A stretch of DNA of 64,000 nucleotides from Eledone cirrhosa. Lineage: Eukaryota. A program made the position numbers and the translations under genes. The stretch covers positions 296,360,001-296,424,000 of the forward strand of contig OZ024742.1 of assembly GCA_964016885.1 (NCBI GenBank). The letters are read 5' to 3'. The notes under the pieces were generated by a model. That model saw only the letters and a list, made by a program, of their open reading frames with translations. It was not told where the DNA came from and did no database searches. Below are positions 1 through 12,452 of the stretch, piece by piece; positions within the stretch are counted from its first letter, which is position 1, and every line of letters starts with the position of its first letter.

Positions 1-1970
1 ATAAAAACTGCTTAATCAAGGACATTATATACTCATGCATCGTCATAACTAGCAACTCTTCTGAAACCTATATAGGCTCTACTTTGACCTGCTTCAAAAC
101 CAGATACAATTCACACCTCCATTCTTTCAAAAAACACAGTCTAGCAACTCCCCTTCACTATCTAGCTACATATACTATCTAAAAACTAGAAATAGATCTT
201 ATACACTTAAATGGGAAGTGATAGATAAGGCAGAATCGTACAAACCACCTAATAAATTCTGTAACTTCTGTCTACTAGAGACCCATACTATAATCTTCTC
301 AAACCATAACCTCCTTAATAAAACTCGGAAGTGTTTGCGTCGTGCCAGCACCGCTTCAGGCACTCTTTCCAAAACTTTAAACCCAATATATAACAATGTC
401 AGACCTGAACCCATCACCACTTCTAACACCACACCTCAAGGGCACACCTTACACCACAACTCCACACTCTTTGATCCACCCTATCTCAACACAAATCATT
501 CCATCTATCTATAACTTTATACACTAGAAATATCCCCATAAACACCAACTTTTAGTATAATTACTTTCAATTACTTATAATTATATAGTGATACAATACA
601 GTCTATATAAGCTTTAAATACCAGATTCGACAATGAATTATATATGCAATTGTATTTATATGCATGGAGTGATAACATTGGATATATATAAGATTAATTT
701 ATTAACATAAGAGATCTGTCTAACTTATATGTTGAGTGCAATGAATTATGTATGAATGGTATGTGAGTTATATATGCAAGTATAACTTGATGGATAGATT
801 AATGATATTGTAAATGAGGGATGTATTTGTCTGCTCTAGAGATGTATTTGGCTTCGCCATGCAAACAGCCATACGCTGCTCCAGAACTTACCAGGGGTTA
901 TGTAGACATAATTCTAATAGGTGCCCTGACATGTTCTGAGAGTAGACTACATTTGCAGTGAACTTTGTTATAAAGATATGACTCTTTGTATGGAGTATTC
1001 AGTTGTAGCACTGTATGATAGGGAGTAATCATCCTAATATAGATACCTTTAGTACATCATGATAGAGTAGACTGTATTTAAAATTGGAAACTGGATATAC
1101 ATATATAACCGTCTATATAAGGGACTCTATTGAGGCGCCTTATAATGTATGTTAGAACAATGAATTTAGTTATGGAAATCAGCTAGTTACCTCCCCTTAC
1201 GCAGTAACTCCCCTTAATTACACACATACTTCCGGATAATAAACCGCTGTAAATTCTCGCAGCAGAATCAACCTATTCTATGAATTTGGATTAAATAACA
1301 CTGAGCCGCAATAAGCTAAAATAATTTAATTTAATGCATCAAACATCCAATACGGAATCATCGTTACTTATGTGATGGATGTAAAAACGATTTATACTTT
1401 TCCTGAATGTGAAAATGGTGGTGGATACGAAAACCATAACTTTCTTTTGCTTCTCCTTTTTATTTTTATTTTTCTGCACACATACTATTTTATTATATAC
1501 AAAAAATACCTTACCACTACAACCACCACAATACTCTTACTTACCCGCTTAAAGTGCTTGTATTACATGTAACACCCTGCCACACAATAATCATATATAA
1601 ATGAGACACACTTGCATGCCCCACGTGTAACTAACGCATACACTAGCTACTACTTCTGACTAACAAACTATCCTCTTGCATTATCTGTGTTAACTGCCGA
1701 ATGTATTTTAATTTTGTTTTAATTTTAATTTTGATTTTGATTTTGAATTTGAATTGCTATACAGAAATAATATAGTATAATATATGCCACTCCACTGTAC
1801 ATCAATATATATATACGTATCTGTATGTCTCTTGCGTTGGAAAGGAGGTCAATTATGTGTACAAACATTTAAAAATGCTCCGAAGACCCCAAGCCTAGGT
1901 TTGGATGAAACAATTGTAAGTGAATAAATGCTTTGAACATAGCTTTGATTCTTGTGAATTCTATATGTAT
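1..1970 (+). mobile_element. Penelope-like retroelement 3' part (Naiad-like GIY-YIG endonuclease remnant + 3' UTR with hammerhead), cut by window start
   Basis: From nt 3: KNCLIKDIIYSCIVITSNSSETYIGSTLTCFKTRYNSHLHSF; after a frameshift, ...LKWEVIDKAESYKPPNKFCNFCLLETHTIIFSNHNLLNK. Homologous to the ORFs at 17832 and 36522. Hammerhead-like motif at 1876-1922, then TA-rich end. The 3' boundary is approximate. Confidence 0.75.
1876..1922 (+). ncRNA. Degenerate minimal type I hammerhead ribozyme
   Basis: tgct CCGAAGA cc-ccaagc-ctag-gtttgg-at GAAAC aatt GTA agtg, followed by AATAAA. The core has U4>C and the base of stem II is mismatched. Confidence 0.55.
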
Positions 1971-1984
1971 GTATATACATATAG

Positions 1985-2580
1985 CACCAGTTGGTGCTAC
2001 TGGTAACATGTATCCCAGTACAACCTCTCTCATGGTCAGGTCGTTGGCGATTAAACTGGTAACCCCACCAAGGTTTCTTGGTGAGGAGGGTGACTTTGGA
2101 CATCCTGCAGGACTAAAAACATGTCAAAGGGCAAAGGAGCTCTTAAAGTCAATGGCCATCCAAAATCACCGGGAGAGATGACCCCTTAGCCTTTGTCAAG
2201 GCAGAATTCTAGGAGAAGGAAAACTCTGATATAACACCTGCAACTCTGATGGTATCCAATGATGTTGACTTGTTCTATTCTTTGGTAAATATCATCTTGG
2301 TTAAGAGAGTGGGACTGGCTTTGTGCAGTGCCTTTGCCCACTATAAAAGCTTCACGGCACAGGCATTGCTTTATATCTGGAGATCTCTCTGCACTTGTCG
2401 TTACATGGTACCATGGGCCCAGAACTATGTGTCAATAATTGTCACAAGTGTAGTGTTTGTACCACAGTTTTCAAGTCGCTGGCTGGACTAAAAAGTCACA
2501 CTCGTTCAGTGCATTGGTAGGGGTTCTCCTACATGGATATAAAGTAGTGGCCGTACTCGAAAACGAGTTGGCAGCCACCA
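1985..2580 (+). mobile_element. Short, internally deleted RTE-like element (5'UTR-like part + last C2H2 finger + 3' end)
   Basis: 2440-2520 encodes [26 protein letters not shown], similar to the C-terminus of the 14161 ORF. The 3' end ggccgtactcgaaaacgagttggcagccacca matches the reverse complement of 13762-13795. Assignment of the 5' portion is inferred. Confidence 0.55.
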
Positions 2581-2600
2581 TATATATATGTATATGAATG

Positions 2601-2637
<37 letters not shown>

Positions 2638-2658
2638 GTATGTGTATATATATATATG

Positions 2659-2695
<37 letters not shown>

Positions 2696-2744
2696 GTATG
2701 TATGTATATATATATATATATATATATGTATATGTATATGTATG

Positions 2745-2787
<43 letters not shown>

Positions 2788-2792
2788 GTATG

Positions 2793-2841
<49 letters not shown>

Positions 2842-2859
2842 ATATGTATATATATATAA

Positions 2860-2890
<31 letters not shown>

Positions 2891-2905
2891 TGTATATATA
2901 TATAA

Positions 2906-2936
<31 letters not shown>

Positions 2937-2986
2937 TGTATGTATATATATATATGTATGTATGTATATATGTATATGTATGTATG

Positions 2987-3040
<54 letters not shown>

Positions 3041-3304
3041 TATATATATATATATCTATTCATATATATACATATATATATATATATATTCATATATATA
3101 TATATTCATATATATATATATATATTCATATATATATATATATATTCATATATATATATATATATATATTCATATATATATATATATATTCATATATATA
3201 TATATATTCATATATATATATATATATACATTCATATATATATATATATATATACATATATATGTATATATATACATATATATGTATATATATATTCATA
3301 TATA
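2581..3304. repeat. Compound (TA)n/(TATG)n/(TATTCA) microsatellite, ~720 bp
   Basis: Directly visible; source of the spurious IYIY ORFs. Confidence 0.98.
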
Positions 3305-3674
3305 GGAGGCACATGGCTTAGTGTTTAGATCATTGGTCTTGCAATCGAAATGTCGTGAGTTCAATTCTCAGACCGGGTGATGTGTTGTTTCCTTGAGCAA
3401 GACACTTTATTTCACATTGCTCCAGTTTACTCAGCTGTAGAAATGAGATGATAGGACTAGGGTCCCTATCATTCCACTGCAAAGTGGTCGTGGAGGTGCC
3501 ACAGCAAAAAAGCACCCAGCCCACACTGTAAAGTGGACGTGTAGGCACCACGGAAAAAAAGCACCCAGCACTCACTGTAAATGAGGTTGGTGTAGAAATC
3601 AAGCCAGAATCAGTTCCCGTCCCACCCTTGCAAGCAGGGAAAAGCAGACGTAAAATGATGATGATGATGATGAT
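3305..3674 (+). mobile_element. SINE family 1 (tRNA-derived head, conserved core, RTE-type 3' tail ending in (GAT)n)
   Basis: A-box TGGCTTAGTG and B-box GAGTTCAATTC; core ccttgagcaagacactttatttcacattgctccag; near-identical copies at 33846, 40323 and 60676. Confidence 0.9.
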
Positions 3675-3700
3675 AAAGATACAAAACACATGTTACTAGC

Positions 3701-3741
<41 letters not shown>

Positions 3742-4435
3742 ATATAAATATGTATATATACCATCATCCTCATCACTGTTCAATCTCCATTTTTCCATAC
3801 TAGCATGGGTTATATATGTACTGCTATATTGATTTTGTTATTATTTTCCCATAACATTTCATATAAATAAATGCAATATTGCTCATTTTACCTTGAAAGT
3901 ATTCTGAGAATTTGATAAACTGTTCTATTATTGTACATTCTGTGGAGATTTTCACATTCACTAACCACATGCTACAGGTCAATAATCAGAACCTTTAACT
4001 GCTACCTTGATTATTCAGATGTGAATTTATAATCCTTAGTTGGATTTAGATGACATTTGGGTTTTTTCCTTTCATTCTCAAACTGACGTCTCCATAGGTT
4101 AAACAAACACTGCTGCTCCATTCTGTTTTAGTTCTGCACAAAACTGATTCTTTTATTTATTGTTAAATTTTTTCCCTCTGCTAAAATGTTTTAGGTGGAA
4201 AAAGATTTAACACAGATAACTTGACATTTTTGCTTTGTGATATGTATTTCTCAAAAATAATTTAATTCTTTTGTTACCATACTCTCTATGACAAATAAGT
4301 ATGTTTTGAAACAGCAAGCAAGTTTGAAATTAAAAATAGAAGCTTTCGCTTTATTCTTGACCAAGGAAATGTTAGCCTGATAATGGGGTTCAGAACCCAC
4401 TAAGAAATGGAAAAAGATGAGTATTGACATATATG

Positions 4436-4522
4436 GGAGTCGAACCCACCTCTTTGGTTATCAGACCACTGTGCTACCATTACACTAACACATCACCGAG
4501 TGATGTGTTGGTGTAATGGTAG
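4436..4522 (-). mobile_element. tRNA-like SINE head with short 5' fold-back
   Basis: Minus strand gttagtgtaatggtagcacagtggtctgataaccaaagaggtgggttcgactccc contains A/B boxes. Hairpin ctaccattacactaacacatcac / gtgatgtgttggtgtaatggtag at about 4474-4522. Confidence 0.5.
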
Positions 4523-4719
4523 GCAAAATTTCCATATGATTTTCATTCAAATAATTTTGAAAGCAATTAAGAATTTGGAGTGATTTAGTAATATATCTAA
4601 TTTCCACATTATTAATCATTTACATTACGTTATATTTACTATTATATTTTCACAGCAAACACTTTATCTCATGTAATTATCTCACATTATATCAAATCAA
4701 TGAGGTTTTGATATTATTT

Positions 4720-5500
4720 ATTTTGAGAACAATACTTTAACATCAGTATGAGCAGTGGGTTACAGTCAGTTTGAACAGAAAGAGGTGAGAGAATTCTGAC
4801 TGGATACAACCAGTTTAAATGCTAACAGGTTAAACTGATTTTTGGATCATAACCATATTTCTTACAAAATACATTCGATATGTTTCAATTAATTTTTAAA
4901 CTAATCAAGAATTTGTAAGGCTTTAGTAAAACAACCTTTCCATTAAACTGGTGTTTAGAATACAAATAATTTTTACATAAAATTGTGATGTTAGTTTTTA
5001 ATTTCGATAAGGAGACATTAAAATGGACAGCTTTATCACTGAATCAGGGTGGGTTTTATGTGGTTTGGTATTAAATGGCTTAAAGGAAGGAGGGATTGGA
5101 TGAAATATTTCTACATACGCCTGAAAAAACAAGATAATCACAATTTAAATGCTTTTAGTCATTGATTTGTGAGATGACATACTTATAAAATGGAAAGAAT
5201 TTGATGAAAAAGAAGTATAACCTGATAAATATTCTTTGATTTCTGGATTAATCCTCTTATTACCATATTTCTAATGAAAAACAAAGCCTATGGTTCTAAA
5301 ATTATTTTAGAAACATTAAAAAATTTGGTGGGATTTAGTAATATAACTGACTTTCTTATTATTAAGCAGGTGTTTGGAACATAACTTAACAAAGCTTTAT
5401 AAAAAAGATAATATGATGAAGATTTTAAGATAAATGTAGACACGTTAGAATACACAGTTTTTTTTTTTTCATCATAGAAACAGGAGCAATTTCAAGAGTT
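4720..5500. repeat. Old AT-rich interspersed repeat (MITE-like, TTAA-bounded units)
   Basis: 4730-4823 is the reverse complement of 38200-38290. Recurrent motifs include ggtgtttggaacata, atcatagaaacagg and ggtatcaaaagg..ttaa. Confidence 0.45.
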
Positions 5501-5916
5501 TCTATATATATATATATATACATATATTGCTGCTCATTCCCTTAGCAAAGCCTCTGGAATTTTAGGCATTACAGGACCAAGAACAATGGGTAAGCAGTAG
5601 AAACGGCTTCTAGATAGCTATGGCTAAAGAGGAGTTACTGGTGGGGTCAGTAGTATGTACATTACTTGGATACAGGCTAAGATGTGATCAGCTGCAGTTG
5701 GGTTACCTAGATATGGAGTAAGACATTTGTGTTTATGTGTTTCTTAAGTTTGTTCAGGTTGATTGGAAGAAATGGTGTTAGGATATTATTTTAGTAATGA
5801 TCTTTAGTGTTGTATACATACCTGAGTGTTTGAAGATGTTCTTTTATGTTTCCAACTGTTGTGGTTAAAGCTTGCAACAGCAATAAACTATACCTCTTGC
5901 ATTCCCAATCATCTTT

Positions 5917-6445
5917 CATCTTCTTCTTTGCTTACCTATTCCGGAGAGAGTCATGAGGGCAGAATCCTCAAACATTCCTTCCAGAGGGTCCTGTCAGAAG
6001 CAACCATCTCCAACTGATCCGGCTGGATCCCCAAGCATGACCAGCCAACCTCATCGATGTTGTCCAACCATCTTGCTTGGGGTCTACCCCTGGGTCTCTT
6101 GCCAGTTGGTTTTTGTTCATAAAATATGTTCAGTGATTCTTTCCTGAGACATTCTAACGATATGCCCATAGTATCGGAGTTGTGATCTCTCAATTCGGAG
6201 AAGTAGTGCTTCTTTCTGAGTGACTCTCTGATCTCTGAGTTATGCACTTTATCGAGTAACTTTACTCCAAAGACCATTTGGCAGAATCCCATTATAGTCA
6301 GTTGTATTTGTTATCATTTTCTTTCGGTCATTACTCAAGATTCATGTCCATAGGTAAAGGTTAGCATGAAAACAGAATTGAAGATAGCAAGTTTGGCTTT
6401 TATGCCTACCTTCCTTCTTCTGATTACTGAATGCTGAAGCTCGCG
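5917..6445 (-). mobile_element. RTE-clade LINE 3' fragment (degenerate)
   Basis: LLDKVHNSEIRESL ... KPTGKRPRGRPQARWLDNI ... ASDRTLWK: typical RTE C-terminal region. Confidence 0.75.
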
Positions 6446-7540
6446 TATCTTTCATTTTAGTATGCTTATTTCATTGTGTAAATGGTCAGTAGGTTATAGT
6501 TGGTGTCTTGATGAATGTGTGTATGATATGGTAAATAAATATATACATATATACCAGGTCCGAACACAAAGGAACCAAACTCCCACTGTCACTGCCTCCA
6601 TCCCTCTCACTCTCCCCAAGAGATGTAGTAAGTTGTAAGACATAAAATAACTCCAGAATATGAGACTGATGATGTGTCCAAAGTTTTGCATCCGTGGATG
6701 TGTGAAGAGATACTCCCTGTATATATTTAGTCAGCTGTAAATGTATTTGTTAAAATTGATTAGGTCTATTGAAAAACAAAAGCATAAGAAACAAATGAAA
6801 ACATTTTTATTTTAAATCACTAAAAACAAAAACATCAGCAGCAACAAAATCAATGGCAGCAACAACAACAAAGAAGAAGATAACTAGACAGAAATCTATA
6901 ATTCTATAACAATAAAACTAGTATTTGTAAAGATAGTGTAGTATAGTATAGTGTAGTTGAGTTGTTTACTGAAAATATCTCAAGAGGTAGGAGAATAAGA
7001 ATGATGGTATTGAGGATGGTGGTGAAAGAAGAAGAAGAAGAAGCAACAGCAGGAGTAGGTGGAAATAGAAGATAGAAAGGAAGAAAAAATAAAGATAATG
7101 ATGAGGAATATTTTGATAAAGAAGTGTAATGTTTAAAACTAAACAAAAAAATACAACAAAAAATAAAAGCTGAACACAATACGAAGAATTATTGTAACAA
7201 TAACAACAGCAATGTGTAACAAGAGTAATAACAAGTGTAACAAAGTAAACTGTATGATTGTCTGATATAAACACCAGTTTATTTGACTAGAATTCTGGTC
7301 TTATTGATATTTTATAATACAGGAAAAAATAACAATAATAACAATAACAGTATCAATAAAGATAATGACAACAATGACAACAACACAAGAAACTATAACC
7401 GATTGTGTGATTGTCTGATGTATATAAACACCAGTTTATTTCACTACAATTGTTATCCTGTAGAGATTTTCTCTTACAAGAAAAACAACTACAACAACAA
7501 CAAAAATTGTAATAATAATAATAATAATAATAATATTAAT

Positions 7541-8651
7541 AATGCTTTCTTTATAAACCACAAGGGTTTACACAAAGTAGACATTAAGGACAGTACAGGA
7601 CGGTACAAAAGGGTATTTCTGCGTGTAAAAAAACAAAAAAACAGAGGATGTAATAATAGACCAATGAAAAAATTCCCCAATAGAGGGGAGACTTCCAAGG
7701 GCCATTGTGGAGAAAGCCAGGTCAATTGTCCTCTCCCAGTTTTCCACCTTCAATTTACAGGCATATACTCAGAGTAGGTCCACTCACTCGGGCCATTCTT
7801 GCCTCTCTCACCCATCTTTCAACAAAAAGCTGGAAGAGAGCACCTCCCTCTCTACCCTGATTTTCCTTTACAAATGAAATTTGAAAAAGTTAATCAGGGC
7901 ATCACCGAAGAGGTAAGTGCTCGTCTTCAGCCCTTTCAGACGTGTCCACCATACTATCTCTTTCGCCATGGCCACCAGACAGATAAAAACTGCCTGCCCT
8001 TCCCGGCTAAAGGAAGAGGGCGGGGCAATCCTCACGATGGACTCAGCTGATAGTCAGATCCGTTCTACACGCGACAGCAGGTGTTCGACATAAACCCACA
8101 AGTCAGCAATGCTCGGACACTGAACGAGTGCATGCAGGACGGTTTCGTCGCCATGCGCGCATCTCGGACATGCCCAGCTGATGGCACCTCCATGCCTGTA
8201 GAGTTTATCCCGAACTGGCAAAGCTCCTCGGTAGCACTGCCAGGACAGGGATTTCTGGAAGTTGTCCATAGGCCCTGACCGAAAGTTTTTCCAAAGAGAT
8301 TGGCTAGTTAATTTTCGTCGACGCCTAGAATTTCTCCAAGTACGTTATCGCTCTTCCCCTCCACTAATGCTCTATAGAATGCCAAGGTGGAGTTTCCACC
8401 AATCACATTGCTCGATTGGTCGAGGGCTGTGATCGCCTGAAGACATTCAAGTCTCCAAGCGCTCCCTCTCGGTCTTCGCTTGACTCAGGACTGCAGCTCC
8501 ATCAAGGAGATGAGCTGGGGAAAGACACGTCTAGCAAACGGCGACCACACAGGATGTCGTAGCCTGAGCACGTATCTGCGCATCATTAGCCACGGCATGC
8601 CCAGCCCTCCACGTAGCGGGTGTTGACAGCGGATGGACTGCCTGACCATCG
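7541..8651 (-). mobile_element. Tx1/L1-clade LINE 3' fragment (same family as 42672 and 49136)
   Basis: MDNFQKSLSWQCYRGALPVRDKL...CPRCAHGDETVLHALVQC and a 3'UTR matching 48450-48703; (TAA)n on both sides. Confidence 0.92.
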
Positions 8652-8829
8652 AATAATAATAATAATAATAATAATGAATTGATCCCACAACATTATATTC
8701 ATAAGTCCAACACTCTTACCACTAGGCCAAGAGTTACGAATGTGTAACAACAACAAGCTATATGGTTCTTCCATATATAAAAGCCAGTCAGACCCTACAA
8801 TTTTTTCTTACAACAAGAATATAAATGAT

Positions 8830-9510
8830 AATAATTGGTAGTCAATTTAATTGATCCAGTGCATTACTGGTACTCTCTTTTATCGATCTCCATAAGGATA
8901 AAATTCAAAGCTAACCTAAGTGGGATTTGAACTCTACTAATACTGTCAATCCTAAGAATAATTATGCATTGTAATTTGAAAATATAGCTGCCACAATGCA
9001 GTTAACTGTAATAATAATTGTTAACTATAAATAATAGTTGAATAAATAAGTACTATAATAATAACACAAATTGTATCAGCAACAATAATAATAATTGTTT
9101 CTACTTTTAGCACAAGGCCAGCAATTATCTCAGTGCATTACTGGTACTTTATTTTATCAACCCCGTGAGGATGAAAGGCAAAGTTAACCTCGGCAGGATT
9201 CGAACTCAGAACGTAAAGAGCTATAACTCGGTGCTACAAAGTATGGTGTCTGACACTCTACCGATACTGCCAATCCACCACCCTGCAATAATGGTTTCTG
9301 ATTTAGGCACAAGGCCAGCAATTTGATGAGATGGGAAAAGTTGATTAAATTGATCCCAATGTGTTACTGGTACTTTATTTTATCGACCTCGTAAGGATGA
9401 AAGGCAAAGCTATCCTTGGTGGAGTTTGAACGCAGAACACAAAAGGCCATAACTCTATGTTGCTAAGCATGATATCTGATGCTCTACCAATACTACCAAT
9501 CCACCACCTA
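8830..9510 (-). mobile_element. Three tandem SINE family 2 copies (about 8830-8935, 9093-9283, 9290-9509)
   Basis: Reverse complement of ggtggattggcagtatcggtagag...gagttcaaatcc...tttgcctttcatccttacggggtcgataaaataaagtaccag...agaaacaatt; separated by (TAA)n. Confidence 0.85.
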
Positions 9511-9519
9511 CAATAATAA

Positions 9520-9790
9520 TAATGATTTCTTTATTAACCACAAAGGCTTACAGAAAGCATATTAAAGACAGTACATGGCAACACAGTGTGGTTTTATTTG
9601 AAAATGAGTAAAAATGAAGAATAACTAAATCAAAACAAAATGTGTAATGATAAAATTTAAAAACAAAGAAAAATTCTTCAATAGTAGGGGAAACTTCTGA
9701 TGGCTAGTCTTAGAAAACCTCACAAAAATCTGCAGTCACCTTGACCACAAAGGCAAGTGCTTTCTTATAATTGTCCTTCTCTAATTTGTA
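9520..9790 (-). mobile_element. Older, diverged Tx1-family 3' UTR fragment
   Basis: tttctttattaaccacaaaggcttaca...attaaagacagtaca...cttgaccacaaaggcaagtgc aligns to the Tx1 3'UTR; (TAA)n tail. Confidence 0.65.
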
Positions 9791-10269
9791 GATGCACACG
9801 CAGAGCAGGCTGCTGTTGTCTTACAACAGCAACTCATCTAAGTCAGAGGTCATGAATGTCAATTACAATGCAGAGGGCTTTGCGACCTCTATTTTGGATG
9901 TGTGATCATTACTACACCTAGTTCAGGTGAATTTGAAAGAAGATGTTCTTATCCTTGGTTCACTGAACCTCCTGTCTGCCATCCAGTTGACTCTCAGCTC
10001 TAGGCTTCATCCCTTCAAAACACATATACAGAGATATAACTCACATACATTCACACACAGGCAGTAGTATAAAGTTATTATATAACTCAGAATAATTAAT
10101 ATAAGATATAAAACAGGAAAAGTATTTGAAAGTGTACGATACACTTGGGTATAGTAAACAACAATAATATTACTTTATTCTATTACTAAACCTACTAACT
10201 ACACTAGTAGCAAAACTAATACAAACATATTCTCCTCTCTCAAACAATGAACCCCACCAATTTCCCCAT

Positions 10270-10770
10270 CGTCTTCACCACCACCACCACAAACACTACC
10301 ATCATCACCATCACCACCACCACCATCACCACCAACAACACTACACCTTCACCATCATCATCATCATCATAATTACAACTACCACAATCATTACCACCAA
10401 CATCACTACTATCAACTTCACTGCCAGAACTACAACCGCCATCGCCACCATCATCACCACTACCTACATCTACACTACCTCCATTATTACCACCACCACT
10501 AACTTCATCATTATCACCATCATCCCGACAACAACTACCATCATCATCACTGTCACCATACAGAATAGAAAAAAACATGCTTTTACTACTGATATGGCTT
10601 CTATATTGCAGCTACCACCACTACCCCTACTACTACTACTACTACTACTAGTACCACCACCACCAATACAACCGTCGCCGCCGCTGCTGCTACTACTACT
10701 ACTACTACTACTACTACTCTACTGTTGCTGCTGCTGCCATTTCTGCTGCAGCCGTTGCTGCTGCTGCAGA
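10270..10770. repeat. Degenerate trinucleotide tracts (CAC/CAT/CTA/GCT)
   Basis: Directly visible low-complexity sequence. Confidence 0.9.
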
Positions 10771-11128
10771 CCACATGCAAAGCACAATCTATGATTCAGT
10801 CCATTCACAGCAGATCTTCAGTGATACACTTGTCTTGAAAAGAAACATTAACAGTAAACAATAACAAAAGGCAAGATTTGTCAGCCACTGTGTGGAGTGA
10901 ATAGAGGCAGTATTCACCATTCTTCATTGCCATTTACTGTGAGAGTTGCTTCTTTTCTTCTTTTGATCGTAAGAAACATTCACTGTGGAACTATCTATGG
11001 ATAATTTGTAGCAGACAATACTTGGTGAAAGGGAGAATTTGACTACATATTAACAGAACTGGTCACATATAGCTGTCCATTGCTGTGTCCTTTTGTTTAT
11101 ATATTGTGTTTATGCATTTATATGTATA

Positions 11129-11167
<39 letters not shown>

Positions 11168-11171
<4 letters not shown>

Positions 11172-11470
11172 AGGAGGTTATAGTTTACTTGAAGCATTGT
11201 GTAATGAGGTATAAACGTTTGTATATGTATAATAAAGCCCAAACAATGCAGGTATGGACATAGAATAAAGAATGCAAATGCAAAAGATATTGTTGACAAT
11301 TAGTCTTTTACCTTAGATTTATTTAAATGTCCTATTTAAATGTCCTTATTTAAATGACATTTAAATAAATCTAAGGTAAAAGACTAATTGTCAACAATAT
11401 CTTTTGCATTTGCATTCTTTATTCTATGTCCATACCTGCATTGTTTTGGCTTTATTATTCATATACAAAC

Positions 11471-11477
<7 letters not shown>
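11168..11477. repeat. Fold-back element: ~40-bp tail + ~120-bp near-perfect inverted repeat, inside (TA)n
   Basis: Arms about 11210-11331 and 11356-11477 (ataaacgtttgtatatg...atttaaatgtc / gacatttaaat...catatacaaacgtttat). Confidence 0.9.
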
Positions 11478-11543
<66 letters not shown>

Positions 11544-11548
<5 letters not shown>

Positions 11549-12280
11549 GAATAAACAAGAGAGATGAACGCTAATATAAACATACATGTGTTTGAATCGT
11601 AAGGACTAGGTTTGCTAGGGTGAAAAAATACTAACTACAGCAATATGGTTTGTCAGACTTAATTTTAAGTAGTAAATTAAGAAAAATAACAGACCTATAT
11701 CGGGCAACTGCCTGGTAACAACTAGACAGTTTTGGAAACTGTTTCGCAACAACTTATTAAGCGAAGTCAAACACCGTGTCTCTGCTCATCAGTAGTTGTT
11801 GAGAAATTAGCGATCCTTCCACTTCTAAAAATATTAGAAGACTGAATTGTGTGCGATATGAATTAGCGCACGTCTCTTCGGAAACCAGCTTGTCTCGAAA
11901 TCCTATGCCGCTAAAAATAGCAGCCTGGTTAACAAGACATTAAAATTATCTCTACATGATGGAGCCGACAAATATATAGTGAGTTAGAAACTCAGAGTAG
12001 TTCCTTACAATTAAATAGCTCTAAGAAAAAAGCTTTTCCGAGCAGTGTAATATAATTGAATAAACAAGAGAGATGAACACTAATATAAACATACATGTGT
12101 TCGATTCGTAAGGAATAGGTTTGCTAGGGTGAAAAAATACTAACTATAGCAATATGGTTTGTCAGACTTAATTTTAAGTAGTAAATTAAGAAAAATAACA
12201 GACCTATATCGGGCAATGCCTCGTAACAACTAGACAGTTTTGAAAACTGTTTCGCAACATCTTATTAAGCGAAGTCAAAC
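11544..12280 (-). mobile_element. Non-coding hammerhead-containing partial tandem repeat (retrozyme-like / PLE pLTR), period ~0.5 kb
   Basis: About 11544-11772 is repeated at about 12053-12280. Complete hammerhead at 11717-11800; (TA)n on both sides; no ORF. Confidence 0.75.
11717..11800 (-). ncRNA. Type I hammerhead ribozyme with full stems I and III
   Basis: Minus strand AACAACTA CTGATGA GCAG...TTGC GAAA CAGTTT cca AAACTG TC TAGTTGTT: 8-bp stem I, intact core, GUC cleavage triplet. Confidence 0.85.
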
Positions 12281-12452
12281 ATATATATATATATCATCAT
12301 CATCATCACTGTTTTACGTCCATTCTTCCATGCTAGTAGTAAATTAAGAAAAGTAACAGACCTATATCGGGCAATTGCCTCGTAACAACTAGAAAGTTTT
12401 GAAAACTGTTTCGCAACATCTTATTAAGCGAAGTCAAACATATATATATATA

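Noticed and set aside
2506-3328. Long I/Y/M/C/V/H/T-rich ORFs here and at many other TA/CA tracts
   Set aside because: Translations of microsatellites, which lack stop codons; not genes.
3305-3380. tRNA genes at SINE heads (also 4436, 13560, 33846, 40600, 60930)
   Set aside because: A/B boxes are present but there is no proper acceptor stem, and most continue directly into SINE bodies.
3890-4180. Candidate minus-strand exon with AG/GT boundaries
   Set aside because: Stops in all three frames; no recognisable product.
5560-6740. Very decayed GIY-YIG/PLE-like traces flanking the RTE fragment (similar weak LINE/PLE traces at 34200-34560 and 59650-60030; pogo-like end near 39946)
   Set aside because: Too degenerate to support by eye; would need translated HMM searches.
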